64,000 nt of DNA from positions 96,906,001 to 96,970,000 of the forward strand of contig NC_092345.1 in assembly GCF_963676685.1 (NCBI RefSeq), given 5' to 3'. The notes under the pieces are model-generated. The model saw nothing but the letters and a program-made list of their open reading frames with translations. It was not told the DNA's origin and did no database searches. Shown one piece after another: positions 11,196 through 23,840 of the stretch. Numbering within the stretch: the stretch's first letter is position 1; every line of letters begins with the position of its first letter. The stretch is from Mytilus edulis (lineage: Eukaryota). A program made the position numbers and the translations under genes.

Positions 11196-13281
11196 GGATC
11201 GGCTTAAATATTTTGGAATCGTGTCTATCAATTGAGTCCACATATCGAAATACCCTTCTTTTAAATAATGCACTTCTTGGCTTTTTAAGGCTACTTTCGC
11301 AGAACGTAAATAAATCCTTCGCATTCTGAATCACTGTATTGCCACGTAGAACAGATATGTCCGCCTGTCTTTTTATAAATCCCCCCGCGGCATCTTGAGG
11401 CCCTTTTGCATGGCTTGTTTCAAAGAACTTTCTATGGAATGTTTTATATCCGAAATCAGGGATGGCAGTAGATAAACTTCCTAAACAGTGCCGCGATTTA
11501 TATTGGCTAGAACAACCGTCTGTGAATTCATGCATATGATCAACTGTGTATGATATTGAATCTAAATATTCCTTAACTTTCTTTTGGACATATTTTGTAA
11601 AATCATTATCATGTTGCAGGTCCGGGGAAATTACGAAAAAATGTTCCGTAATTATTTCCGGAAATTCTTCTGTACTGTCTACACCATCGTATTCTAAAAT
11701 GGCGTGTCGGTGCATGACGGTTACATGAATGCTGCATTCAGTTCTTTGGAAGTAATTGGATTGGATTTCTTCTTTCTCGACACAGCGATAATTTTCCGAA
11801 TAATCGTGGATGCATATGCAATGATTGACTGGCAAGTTCTGAACAAGACTTTTAAGTTGATTGCTTTGCCAGTTTGATCGGTGCTGGTGAGCGGGGAAAG
11901 TTTCGAGAAGCTTTTTTAAATTGAGAAACATTTCGTTTACGCTAGTTTTCTTTTTTATCAGGATCAGTCGGCGCCTTACATTTTTACCCTTCGATTTTTC
12001 AGTTATATATTCATATTTTTGCCATTCAACAGTTGAAGACGACTGTGATTCGTTGGGTGAAAGTTTGAAATTACCAACTCCGCAAAGGCTACATTTTCGG
12101 TCAAGACAATTTTTTCTATAAAATCCATTTACTTTTGGACATAGCGTAATATGTATAAGGTCTGACATTTTCTCAAATACGGGATAGTCACTTTCTTGCG
12201 AATCGGTTTCCCTGTCACACGATTTTTTGAACTTCATACATGCTTTGAAAACAAGGTTTGCTTCCACGTGATATCTACAACAGCATGTATTTCTATCTTT
12301 TTCAGATGCAGGTCTTACGAAAAACGGTCGACGTTTCTCAAATGCTCTTTGTCCAATTTTAATTTCCGGATATTTGGCGACAAAATCTAAATACGCATCA
12401 GTTTGTGTTTTTTCCAGCACGTGTGTCATATGCGAAGTATATAAGTTTGGTCCCAATCGTTCTCTTTTGATATCTGATTTGTTGCCGGTCGGGTGTGATA
12501 TGCCATCAGAGAGCCAAAAGTTATAAACTGTTTTCTTTGTTTCTTCTGAAATGGAATCTTTTCTTGTTTTCTGTTGCGTAAGAGCCCATGCAGACGATTC
12601 ACTTTTAAGAATTCTAGACCTAATACGCTGGCCTCCAGCAACCCTTCTTGCTGGCAAACCTAAATTTTTACACAGTTTAATTTTACCTCTCGAGTTTGCT
12701 AAATTTTCCCCGCTGATTGATGCAGTAACAGAATTCATTACCGAACGTGCATTCTTAGATCGCTTTAATTTTGTAGATTTTATTATTTCTTGAATATCTG
12801 CAACGACGGCCATTTCAACTTGCGAAACTGAATGTTTCAGATTAGCTATTGTTGGCGATCGAGGGGATCTGCGGGCCAAATAAGTCGATATAACTGCGCA
12901 TCGTTTAGATGGAGATTTTGGTAAACCTTCTTTAAATTTTCTTAGGGCTCTGGCCTTTTCCATTCTGTTTTTGAAAACATTTGAACCTTCTGGTACAACA
13001 AGTGACATTGATGAAAGTTCTACATTTTTTTTACCTCTGTGTTTACGGACATTCATTTTATTTTTCAGTTTTCTTTCATTTATTTTCTTAGATTTCTCCC
13101 TTTGTTCTCTCTTTTTTCTTGCATTAATCGTTTGACTATATGTTTTTGTCTCGCTCTCTTTATTCTTGTACAACTTTCCATAAGATTTTCTACTCGTTTC
13201 ATTTTTCTGAAGCCTTTTTCGTTCTCTGTTCCTAATAAGTATTTCCTTAGCCGAAAGTTTACTTTTTTTTCTGTTATTCAT
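11185..13281 (-). CDS. Sola2-like DDD transposase, probably C-terminally truncated
   Basis: TCCCRYH and CxxxxCxxCG zinc motifs; catalytic motifs HDYSENY, EIQSNY, FTDGCSSQYK, SHAKGPQDAAGG; basic N-terminus; first ATG at 13281. Confidence 0.8.
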   Translation of the reverse strand: MNNRKKSKLSAKEILIRNRERKRLQKNETSRKSYGKLYKNKESETKTYSQTINARKKREQREKSKKINERKLKNKMNVRKHRGKKNVELSSMSLVVPEGSNVFKNRMEKARALRKFKEGLPKSPSKRCAVISTYLARRSPRSPTIANLKHSVSQVEMAVVADIQEIIKSTKLKRSKNARSVMNSVTASISGENLANSRGKIKLCKNLGLPARRVAGGQRIRSRILKSESSAWALTQQKTRKDSISEETKKTVYNFWLSDGISHPTGNKSDIKRERLGPNLYTSHMTHVLEKTQTDAYLDFVAKYPEIKIGQRAFEKRRPFFVRPASEKDRNTCCCRYHVEANLVFKACMKFKKSCDRETDSQESDYPVFEKMSDLIHITLCPKVNGFYRKNCLDRKCSLCGVGNFKLSPNESQSSSTVEWQKYEYITEKSKGKNVRRRLILIKKKTSVNEMFLNLKKLLETFPAHQHRSNWQSNQLKSLVQNLPVNHCICIHDYSENYRCVEKEEIQSNYFQRTECSIHVTVMHRHAILEYDGVDSTEEFPEIITEHFFVISPDLQHDNDFTKYVQKKVKEYLDSISYTVDHMHEFTDGCSSQYKSRHCLGSLSTAIPDFGYKTFHRKFFETSHAKGPQDAAGGFIKRQADISVLRGNTVIQNAKDLFTFCESSLKKPRSALFKRRVFRYVDSIDRHDSKIFKPIQLH

Positions 13282-13607
13282 ATTTCTGAAAGCATATTTA
13301 TATTTGAATGTACACAAAATTTTGGTCTGATTTTTTTAAGTCCGATTATTTTAATTGATTGTTGGTTTATAAATACATTCAATAATTAAATATGAGTCTT
13401 TTTTGTCTCGTGTTTTATTTTTTTGGAACTAATCATTCTCCTGAAACACCAGAGATCATTTCGGTTGTTTGAAGGGATTGGTGCCTCTTGTTTTGTCTAC
13501 GAAAATTATCTAATATGGTAACTCTTCTTTTAGATTGTTTCAGAACTTCCTAAAGTCAAATAATTTTTTACGAATTTTAATATAGAATAATATTTTTATT
13601 TCATTAA

Positions 13608-14162
13608 GGGAGCAACCATTTGATTTTAATGGGGGGGGGGGGGGGTGCTAGGATGGCAATTTTTTTAGTTGTTATCTCGGTCCTGCCTTATATTTTCACT
13701 ATATTTGGTCCTGCCTTTTTTTACAAGTTTATCCTGGGTTTGTTTGCCAATTGCTCATCCTGCCCTTTTAACCCCACCGCAGTTCGCGCCTGTCCTAAGT
13801 CAGGTACCTATAGCTTTTGTTAGTCTTTTATATTTTTTTACTTTTAGTTCATCTCTGTGTTTCGAAGTGAAGAGTGGCGTCCATTTTCTTGATCTAGTAT
13901 ACATTAGGATTTCGGGGCCTACTCAAGACCTCCTCTGGGTGCGGGATTTCTCGCATGTTGAAGACCCATTGGTGGCCTTGAGCTGTTTTCTACGTTTTGG
14001 TCGGGTTGTTATCTCTTTGACATATTCCCCGTTTCCATTCTTATTCATTATTTTTTTACTCGAAACTCCTGTCTGCCTATTTTTTACACTCAAAACCCCT
14101 GTCCTCCCTCTTTTTCAAATTTCATTCTAGCCCCCCCCCTTAAAAATCAAATGGAAGCTCCC
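13608..14162. mobile_element. Harbinger-type MITE (family of 1462) with ~280-bp internal insertion of another repeat
   Basis: TAA|GGGAGCAACCATTTG ... CAAATGGAAGCTCCC|TAA; extra sequence at ~13768-14045. Confidence 0.8.
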
Positions 14163-15399
14163 TAAGGCAAAAACATGCCCATATCGTTTCATGTTTGAAG
14201 ATCGATTCTTTACAAGTTCTTCTTATAATTTCTTTTGCGTATTGACTCTGTGTGAAATATGACGTTTCATTATTTTTCGACGTTTTTTGTCTCATTGGAC
14301 ATTTTTTCTGATTTTTCTTTTCTTTATTTGCGAAAAGGATAAAATATAAAAACAGCCAGTATTTATATTATCATGTTCAGTATTTGTTGTAATTTTTGAA
14401 ATCTGTATCAGTATTTTTCTTCTGATTTAATCGCGATACATCGTAGATCCCGAAATCGTCAAAATGGAATATTTGTTTGGATTTCAGATAATACGGGACA
14501 TTTTTTCTGATTTTAAATTTTTTCAATAGTTTTTTTTTAAAACAAGTAAACTCAAAAAGTTTGGTACCAATTTAAACAGAAATGTTTGTAATTTATAAAT
14601 TATAAATATAAACGATATCCTTTTAAAATTACCTTCAGTATATGAATTTGATCTTCAAAGTTTGCAGTTGGAGTCTAGATTATTTGTCACCATTACAAGA
14701 TCAAAAAGTTGCTATGACGTCATTTTTCTACATGTATGACGTCATATATGTAAGTAAAATTATGTAATTCAAAACTTTACATATGGTTCTTAATTCCTTC
14801 CAAATGAGAACTACCTTTGGCTACTCAATCCATATTTCATTCTCAAAAATGTTTGGAGATCTCAATGTTCAATGTTACGCATTACACGGCAAAATTGCCT
14901 ATTTCATAAAATTTCGCGCTTCAAATCGAAACCTATTCGTGAAAAAAATATCATGAAAAACAGATATTATGTTGCCATTAGATTGGGTAACGAAAATTAT
15001 TTAGCGATTCTGCAAATTGTTGCGTCCTAAACGGACAGTTAGCCTTTTCGCCGATTTTTCTCGAATCACCTTCAAATTGTCACCAGTATCTTGCGCGACG
15101 TCAATTTAGTAAAACTTTTCGTTAGATGTCACGTTCGTTCTCTGCATGGATGTTCACAACAAATAGTAAACATTTCATTTTTTTAATTACTTCTTTAATA
15201 TAACAACCGACTTGACCAGCAGGCTAGAGATTTTTTTGTGTGAAAATGGTTTAGATTAGAAAGGCGAAAGGTACCAAAGGGACATTCAAACTTATAAGTC
15301 GATAACAAACTGATAACGCCTTGGCTGAAGAAAAAACCCAAAACAACCAACAAACAAACAAAATACAGACAATAACAATCAAAATCAAGGAGTAAACAA

Positions 15400-15830
15400 A
15401 GACTCACAAAACCAAAGGACATTTACATCAACAGTTATAAATAATAATTAAGAAACAACACGAACTCCACTCAAAAACGGGAGTGAATATCAGGTACTCC
15501 GGAAGGGTAAGCATTTCCTGCACCGTATACGGCACCCGTCGTGTTATTTCTTTGTTCAGTTCGGTAATGATGGAAGGTTATTATGACTGAGGAAGAATAT
15601 CAGATATGATTTCTGACACACTTTTGTCATAATGGCCAATCAGCTCATGATGGCGACCGTAAAATTTCTTAAGTGATGACCTTAATTTGATTGATTCGTA
15701 GCCCTGTCTTAGCAACTTTTGAGAAAGCAGTATTCCTCGTTCAAAAAAATCAACGTACTTTGAGCTAGCTCTAGAGTAACGTATCAATTGAGACACATAT
15801 ACTCCATATGCTGGTGCCGCTGGGATGTAT
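15400..15830 (-). pseudogene. 3' fragment of a second Penelope-like family (RT thumb plus 3' tail)
   Basis: IPAAPAYGVYVSQLIRYSRA...LLRQGY...LKKFYGRH resembles a PLE thumb; stop at 15581 with no GIY-YIG downstream. Confidence 0.65.
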
Positions 15831-17384
15831 ACAAAACATACTATAGAAAAAATAACGACTACTGAAACCAGGGATGATCTCAGGTGCTCTGGAAGGGTAA
15901 ATCATGCACCTCGTGATAAAGTTTTGCTTTGCGAATAAGTTCGTCGTATATACAAAACTCATTGTTTCTTACTGGCTTTATACACCATTGAACAACAAAA
16001 TCTCTGTACCTGCACGAAGAAAGGGAAAATCAAAATAAATATCTACAAAGCGATTTACATCCAGCAGAGATTAACGCTTTTGAATACACTCGGGCCCCAC
16101 TATGAAACTATCTATATTTTAAAACTGACTTTAGAAGCATTTGTATTGTTGCTCAGTGACTAGTTGTATGTGATTGAATTATCAGTCGCTCTCGGTGATT
16201 TCACAATCGAGGAAAATACGCTACTACAATTAGAACAGCTTTGTGGTAATTTGTGAAATAGTTTCAGCAACGGTCAATTACACATGATGGTGTCTGGTAA
16301 ACTCGAAAAGATTTTCTTCATGAATTTTGGTTCAATATCGTCCTTGAATGAAGCAACCCTCTTTTAAAGAAACCATTTTCGGAAGCACAGGCAATGGGAC
16401 ATCGTTTAACTTTTAACTGAGAGAAATATACCGTGCTAAATAAGCAGGCGCTCTAGAATTTTGCTTCATAGAAATTGAAAGGTAACGATTGAAAGCTGAA
16501 ACTAGTTTCTATATGAAAATCAAGATATATGAAGCAGTAAAAGCTCGTAAAAGGGGTTCTAATGCGGTTATGTCCACAAATGATAAAAAGAAGACGTATT
16601 TGTATATTCCTAATGACAACGTTTTTAAACCGGTATTATTTTGTATTGTACGATTGTGATTTCATAAGAATTAACAAAACTAAAAGGCAAACAAATTGAC
16701 TCCAGTCGAACAGATTATGACGAGCAGGTGGCAATGAACAGCTAATATTAGATGTAACAAAGGCAATTATTAGATTGCCATCGAGGGTCTATTTTATTGA
16801 TACAATATGTCATTCCAATTATAAGTCTTGTATAACAAATAATGTCTACATAAATATCGAATGCAAAAGATCCAATATGACTGAACCATCCACTTCTGAC
16901 ATCCAGCGAAGAAAAATATTGTGTTTTATTTTTTATTTAAAAAAAACATAATTCTGGAATTACAAAACTAACTTATTTCTTTCTCGTATGTTTCCGCTAT
17001 CATTTTATTTTCTGCAACTATTATCTAATTTCAAATTAATTCTGTGACAGCAAAACGATTCTGGCTTCATTTGGTACCGTCTACGGCATACAGATCAATG
17101 TGTTGGCCTTCTATGTCCCGCAGGAATTGTTCATCAAATTACTACATCCTAAATCTATTAGCATTTTTGTAAGAAATACTTCTGTACAATTAATTCATGA
17201 CGCAAAGTTTTCGTGAAATGTTTGACACTGGACTTTTAAAGCAAGTATCAATTAGTATCATCGTTTTATTTTTTTACTTCCAACCTGTATGTACAAAAAT
17301 AAAGAAATGGTCAAATGTATGATACATGGAACTGATATAAACACCAAAAGTAATGCCACCGACCACTTAAAGCTAAAACAGGCA

Positions 17385-18820
17385 TGCGTACGGTCCAGCT
17401 GACCATACATGTTTTTTGGGATCATATGGGTTAAATGTTAACAAACATTTATCAAAATCTTTATTTTTAGTTATACTTATAGATTATTACATGGCATTTT
17501 TTTTATATTGCCCTGGTATCAGCCCTAGACTCCCATATCAAGCCAGAGGGCTTTAGCCCGAGGGCTTGATATGGGTCGTGGGCTGATACCAGGGACTATA
17601 TGAAAAATGACATGTAATAATCTATTTATCACATATTTTTAAGCAAGAGAAAACAAATAGCTTACACCAAATTATGTTTGATATTTCATCAAAAATCAAA
17701 AAGATATTTAACGAAAATAAAATAAAAAATGTATCACTGTGAGTTTAAAAAAGTTCGTATCACAGTAGGTAAACAACGTTTTGTGAAAAGTTTCAGAAAT
17801 GATTAACAATAAATATATTAATTCTAAGAATTGCAAATATTAAACGACTTTAAAATGTTACATTACAAATGTTAAAAATGCTTTAAAAGAAGAATCCTAT
17901 ATCGCTACTCATTCCAGTGTGGCGTCATATATTTTATAAATTCTTTATGACGTCAAAATTTTACGGGAACTTTTGTGATTTTCACTGTTGATTTCTACTT
18001 TTTTCTTCTACAACAGATTCGTAACTTTCTAAATTTCTTTTCATTGTGTTCAACTTGTTTACAAATAGTCTTTGATTGACAGTTTACCGGAAGTTAAACT
18101 CGGGGGCTTGATATGGATTTCGAAGGCAGATATCGATATCGGCCCCGAGGGCTGATAACCAACCTTGACTTCCGGCTATTATTGGCCATGCAAAAACGTA
18201 CATATCAGTACAAAATATGTGATAAAAATTGTTATTATTACAATTAGATGGATATTTAGTGAATAAGCGAACAATTAAAATTAAATATTAAATTTTGTTT
18301 AATTTTATATCCGTGAATCCTATTTTGTTACTCTGGCCCAAGATGACAGTTTGCTTCCACAAGGAACGTCATATATTTTTAACATTTAACATGTTTTGTT
18401 CATGCATGTTCCTTTGCATATGCATTTTTTTTAAGTTCCTAAATATTCTTAAACAATTGTCCTCCCACATTATGTTTACTTCCGATAACTTCAATTTCAA
18501 TGAGCATACTGGGCTGTAATTAATGAATTAAATTACTGACATGCTAAGTACAGGAGATTAACAGATTAAATAAGCCTGATTTTTTACAAATTAATAGTTA
18601 AAATATAAGTTTTTATTTCAATAACTATTCAACTTTTTATGTTAATTTGAGATATAAGTTATGTTGATCTGTTATATACATTTGTATCTAATAAACTTGA
18701 CCAAATTCTTAATATTAGTCAGACCGTACGCGTACGGTCCGACCGTATGCGTATATTGAAAAAGTACGCATACGGTCCAGACCGTTCGTGTACGGTCCAA
18801 ATACTCATACGGTCTGGAAC
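17385..18820. mobile_element. MITE with cgtacggtc/gaccgtacg subterminal repeats, hosting a foldback insertion
   Basis: Repeated tacggtcc motifs at 17389 and 18721-18820. Confidence 0.5.
17479..18225. mobile_element. Foldback-plus-tail non-autonomous element
   Basis: 147-bp near-perfect hairpin 17479-17625, then ttatcacatatttt ... aaaatatgtgataa inverted pair. Confidence 0.65.
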
Positions 18821-18960
18821 ATATATACTCTTTTTCCTTTTTTGCTTATTTGAAATGTTTAATGTGTGTCTTTGTTTCTAAATTTTATTGTATACATTCT
18901 GACAGCATAGATATATGACATGACTGTTATACCACGAGTATACGGCAGTATATTATATTT

Positions 18961-19998
18961 GATATCGGCCATGGTTGTGATACCTCGGGATATATATACT
19001 ATCAACAGTGACACCGGCCATGATTGTAATGCTCCAAGATATACATTTTACCAACAGTGATATCGGCCATGGTTATGATATCTCGGGATATACATTCTAC
19101 CAACAGTGATATCTGTCATGGTTGTGATACCTCGGGATATATATACTATCAACAGTGATACCGGCCATGATTGTAATGCTCCAAGATAAACATTTTACCA
19201 ACAGTGATATCGGCCATGGTTATGATATCTCGGGATATACATTCTACCAACAGTGATATCTGTCATGGTTGTGATACCTCGGGATATATATACTATCAAC
19301 AGTGATACCGGCCATGATTGTAATGCTCCAAGATATACATTTTACCAACAGTGATATCGACCATGGTTATGATATCTCGGGATATACATTTTACCAACAG
19401 TGATATCGGCCATGGTTATGATATCTCGGGATATACATTCTACCAACAGTGATATCTGTCATGGTTGTGATACCTCGGGATATATATACTATCAACAGTG
19501 ATACCGGCCATGATTGTAATGCTCCAAGATATACATTTTACCAACAGTGATATCGGCCATGGTTATGATATCTCGGGATATACATTTTACCAACAGTGAT
19601 ATCGGCCATGGTTATGATATATCGGGATATACATACTACCAACAGTGATATCGGCCATGGTTATGATACCTCGGGATATACATACTATACCAACAGTGAT
19701 ATCGGCCATGGTTGTGATACCTCGGGATATACATACTACCAACAGTGATATCGGCCAGGGTTGTGATACCTCGGGATATACATTCTACCAACAGTGATAT
19801 CGGCCATGGTTGTGATACCTCGGGATATACATACTACCAACAGTGATATCGGCCATGGTTGTGATACCTCGGGATATACATACTACCAACAGTGATATCG
19901 GCCAGGGTTGTGATACCTCGAGATATACATACTATACCAACAGTGATATCGGCCAGGGTTGTGATACCTCGGGATATACATTCTACCAACAGTGATAT
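18961..19998. repeat. 49-bp minisatellite, ~21 units, with higher-order structure
   Basis: Unit gatatcggccatggttgtgatacctcgggatatacatactaccaacagt. Confidence 0.95.
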
Positions 19999-22128
19999 AG
20001 TCTAACAGCAGCGATTTAGGCCATACGTAGGAGTGAGAGTATGGTATTTGCTACCTTTACTTTCAACGTTCATGCGATGGTGAATAACCAAAAGTGGCCT
20101 CGAACTTACGAGTTAAGGGAAATACCAAGTTTTTTCTTGCAATTGTCCAAACAAATATTAATTTATGAGTCATGCTTACAATTTTAAACAATCGCCCGTA
20201 CGGTGTTTATCAAATATGATAACTGATGCCAGTTTGAGTATAAAGAATGCACCAAAGACGATCACTATTTCTTCAATTATAATTTAGGGATTGACTTTTT
20301 ATTTTACCAATAATTTGAATTGTCCTTTCCGATTCATCTCCAATACCAGTGCTTAATAGACAAGATTTATCTCTTTTCTAAGCATGTTTAAAGTTTTATT
20401 TTCTTTTTTCAAATTATCTTGTATGAGATGTCAAAGAAATAAAGATAAGGACATAAAACAATAAAACTGCTGTCAAATAAAACCGATTAATTCTAGCTTT
20501 TGAAAGAACCAGCTTTATCGTCAAAGCTTCGATTGCATTTTTCCGTATTTTAGCCAGCTATTAGTGTGATTTATCAGTAATACGAGGACATTCACGCGTG
20601 TTCCATTGTACACTGACCCGAAGTCTTATCTGAAGTTAAATATCAAATTGCGAAATCATTAGTACAATTTTAAGTGAAATAATTGAGGATAAAGTTGCTC
20701 GAAGAAAGCAGTGTCTGTTTTTACGAACTGAATGCTTCTTTTTGTAAATACAGAGGGGGTGTAAAAGCTTCATTCTAAAAATGTTCGCATTTAGCCCATA
20801 AAAGGTTATTTACCAAAATGTAAGCATATTCACGATTTTTTTTTTTCGATTTGAGATTATCAATATTTTTTAGCTTATGTATTTGCTCTATTGACTATAA
20901 TTGTCAACCATTTTCCAAAGTGTACATAAAGGTACACTTGGAGGAGGGGGTTAACAAATATTTATACCGAACACTTTTATTTTCAAATAAAATTAAAACT
21001 GTCAGATATGTTTCAAATTATTTTCAATGCAACTATATTAAACAAAACTTTAATAGGCTGGATCTTCTTTTTATAAAGAGTGCTTGATTTTTTAAATCTG
21101 AAAATGGTTGATGTACACTTTTTGAGGGAGGGTGGGGGTTCTGAAAAAGTGTATGTTTTGTAGACTTTGGAAAATGGTTGGAAATTATGGATGACCCCTT
21201 ACAGTATCAATTTTAAATTCTATGTTTTAATAGAAATTAGGACAGTGCTATAATCCAAAAGTGGGCGAAGAATAACCACATAACAACAATCAATATTTCT
21301 ATCCAGAGTTAGGTTCGATATATAGTTAGGCAGTAAAAACAGTGCACTGTATCCGTTATAACGTCTACTATCGTACATATTCTTAGATTCAGACTGTTCT
21401 AGATTTTATAAAATTCCCCTGAACAGAGACAAATATTGAACGTGGTAAAAGTGTAGCACAAGCCTAGTTTCTTTTTTATTCCTTTAGGACAAAGAAATTA
21501 GTTGTTTAAAATTAGAAATGAACGAACTGAATGTTGTTTTTAAAAAGAGATGTGTTTCATCATTTCACAGACAGACGTATAAAAAAAACTGTTAAAGCTA
21601 TATTCCAGCAATGACCAATAAATCAATTAATAGCATGGACATGACAAAGGGTATAACACACAAACAGAAAATAGTACGTATGTCCAACTTGAAGTAATGA
21701 GGTCAGACAATTCCTTCATAATGTCCATATATAGTTAGCACTTACGGCAAGATGAAATAATGTAAATTTCCAATAGTTTCTGCGTTTCAAGCAAGCGAAG
21801 GCTGATTTATTCACGAAGAATATACATATTAAAAGCGGATTGTCACGTGTTTGAAGTATTTTGTCATTATCAGCAGACCTTTTACATTACAAGGACCCTA
21901 CTTTGACTGGTGACATTAAAGCCATTTCACAAGTAGCCACTTACGCAATGATTACTATTTTGTTGAGTGTATTTTCTGTAGTATATTATTTTATTTTATT
22001 TTTTATTACACACGTAACATAACTATTGTCTGTGTATTTCATATGTATTGTTATTGTTTATAATAATATTGTTTGTATGCTATATGCCCTCCTAGGGCCC
22101 TGATTGGGTAAATACAAATATTCTATTC

Positions 22129-22281
22129 CAGGGGCGGATCCAGCCATTGGGGGGGGTCCTAACCCAGGACAAAGGGGGGGGGGGGGGGGGTTCCAATTAC
22201 ATGTCTCCATTCAAATGCATTGATCGTCCAAAAAAAAGGGGGGGTTCCAACCCCCGTAACCCCCCTCTGGATCCGCGCCTG
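22129..22281. mobile_element. Small CAG-ended MITE with 5-bp TSD (hAT5-like)
   Basis: tattc|CAGGGGCGGATCCAG ... CTGGATCCGCGCCTG|tattc. Confidence 0.7.
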
Positions 22282-22691
22282 TATTCTGTAGTTCACCATG
22301 AAGATGTGGTCACACCAACTTGAAACTTAGTATATACATGTACACACATGTTAAAGATAAAGTGCGTTCAAAAAAATATATGTTACATAAGGGTTCCGAT
22401 TACGACAGTATCAATTTTAAATTCTATAATTTTTTTCATAGAAATCAGGACAGTGCTATAATACCAAAAGAGTAGAATAACCACTAATCCAGAACTCAAT
22501 ATTTCTGTAGGTTCGATAGTTACTGACAGTTAAAAGCAATGCACCGTATCCTTTGTTAAGTCTACTAACATACATATCTGTAGATTCAGTTTTAGATTTT
22601 ATAGAATTCCCCAGAACAGAAAAAAATATTGAACGTGGTAAAAGTGTAGTATTTTGATAAAAAACCAAACACTTTAGAAACAAACTAGTGC

Positions 22692-23050
22692 AAGCCTAGT
22701 ATCTGATACTACAGTTCTATAGGACATTGTGAGTTTAAGCCTAGTATCTGATACTACAGTTCTATAGGACATTGTGAGTTTAAGCCTAGTATCTGATACT
22801 ACAGTTCTATAGGACATTATGAGTTTAAGCCTAGTATCTGATACTACAGTTCTATAGGACATTGTGAGTTTAAGCCTAGTATCTGATACTACAGTTCTAT
22901 AGGACATTGTGAGTTTAAGCCTAGTACCTGATACTACAGTTCTATAGGACATTGTGAGTTTAAGCCTAGTATCTGATACTACAGTTCTATAGGACATTGT
23001 GAGTTTAAGCCTAGTATCTGATACTACAGTTCTATAGGACATTGTGAGTT
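22692..23050. repeat. 45-bp minisatellite x8
   Basis: Unit aagcctagtatctgatactacagttctataggacattgtgagttt. Confidence 0.95.
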
Positions 23051-23840
23051 GTTGCTGTGAAATAAAAAATTGCCTAACTGAATTTTGTTTTCATTTAGAG
23101 ATCTGTTTTCTTCATTTCACAGACATACGTAGAATAAAAAGTAATTATGTTTGATAATTCCTTCATAATGTCCACTTACGACATGATGAAATAATGTAAA
23201 TTTCCAATAGTTTCTGCGTTTCAAGAAAGTGAAGGCTGATTCAGTCACGAAGAAGATATATACAACATTTCTTAAAAAGCGGATTGGACAAGGGATTAAA
23301 GTATTTTACTTCACTTGACTAATGACTACAGTTTCACAAGTAGTCACTTACTCAATGATTAGGAAAGTTATGGTCGTACTAAGTGTTATGTGCCCTTTAG
23401 TCTGTCACCATATAAATTGCTAGAAACCCAATAGAACTATTATGGTGACTTTAAACTTACTTTGAAGAAATTTTAAGTTAATTTTATTCAATTATGCAAA
23501 AGAGCTTGTTACTAAAAATGGACACAATTCAGAGAAGTCTAAAATATATTTTCTGGTTTCCATTTAACATAAGATCTTTAAAAATCTTCCTAAGCTGGAA
23601 AAGTTTTAACAACCCTCCTGGACTATTTTTCAAATTTTGCATGGTTTTCTGTGAGACAAGCTCTAAAATGTTCATATATAGTTAGCACTTATACAGCATG
23701 AGAAAAAAATGTAAATTCCAATAGTTTGTTTGTTTCAAGCAAGTGAAGGCTGATTCGGTCACGAAGAAGATACATATAAAACATTTCTTAAAAGCGGATG
23801 TCACATGTGATCAGCAGACAAACCTTCAACATTTTACTTC

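Larger units (their letters stand above)
7242..15102 (-). mobile_element. Sola2-like DNA transposon (27-bp TIRs) containing a Penelope-like element and MITEs
   Basis: 7242 GACGTCGCGCAAAATACTGGTGATAAT versus reverse complement of 15076-15102 GACGTCGCGCAAGATACTGGTGACAAT (25/27); encloses a DDD transposase. Flanks (caaa / aatt) do not form a TSD. Confidence 0.7.

Noticed and set aside
11185-11324. In-frame transposase-ORF1 fusion protein
   Set aside because: The frames differ; the transposase frame stops about 3 codons after the junction, and the first ~43 aa of ORF 10503-11324 are an alternative frame of the transposase.
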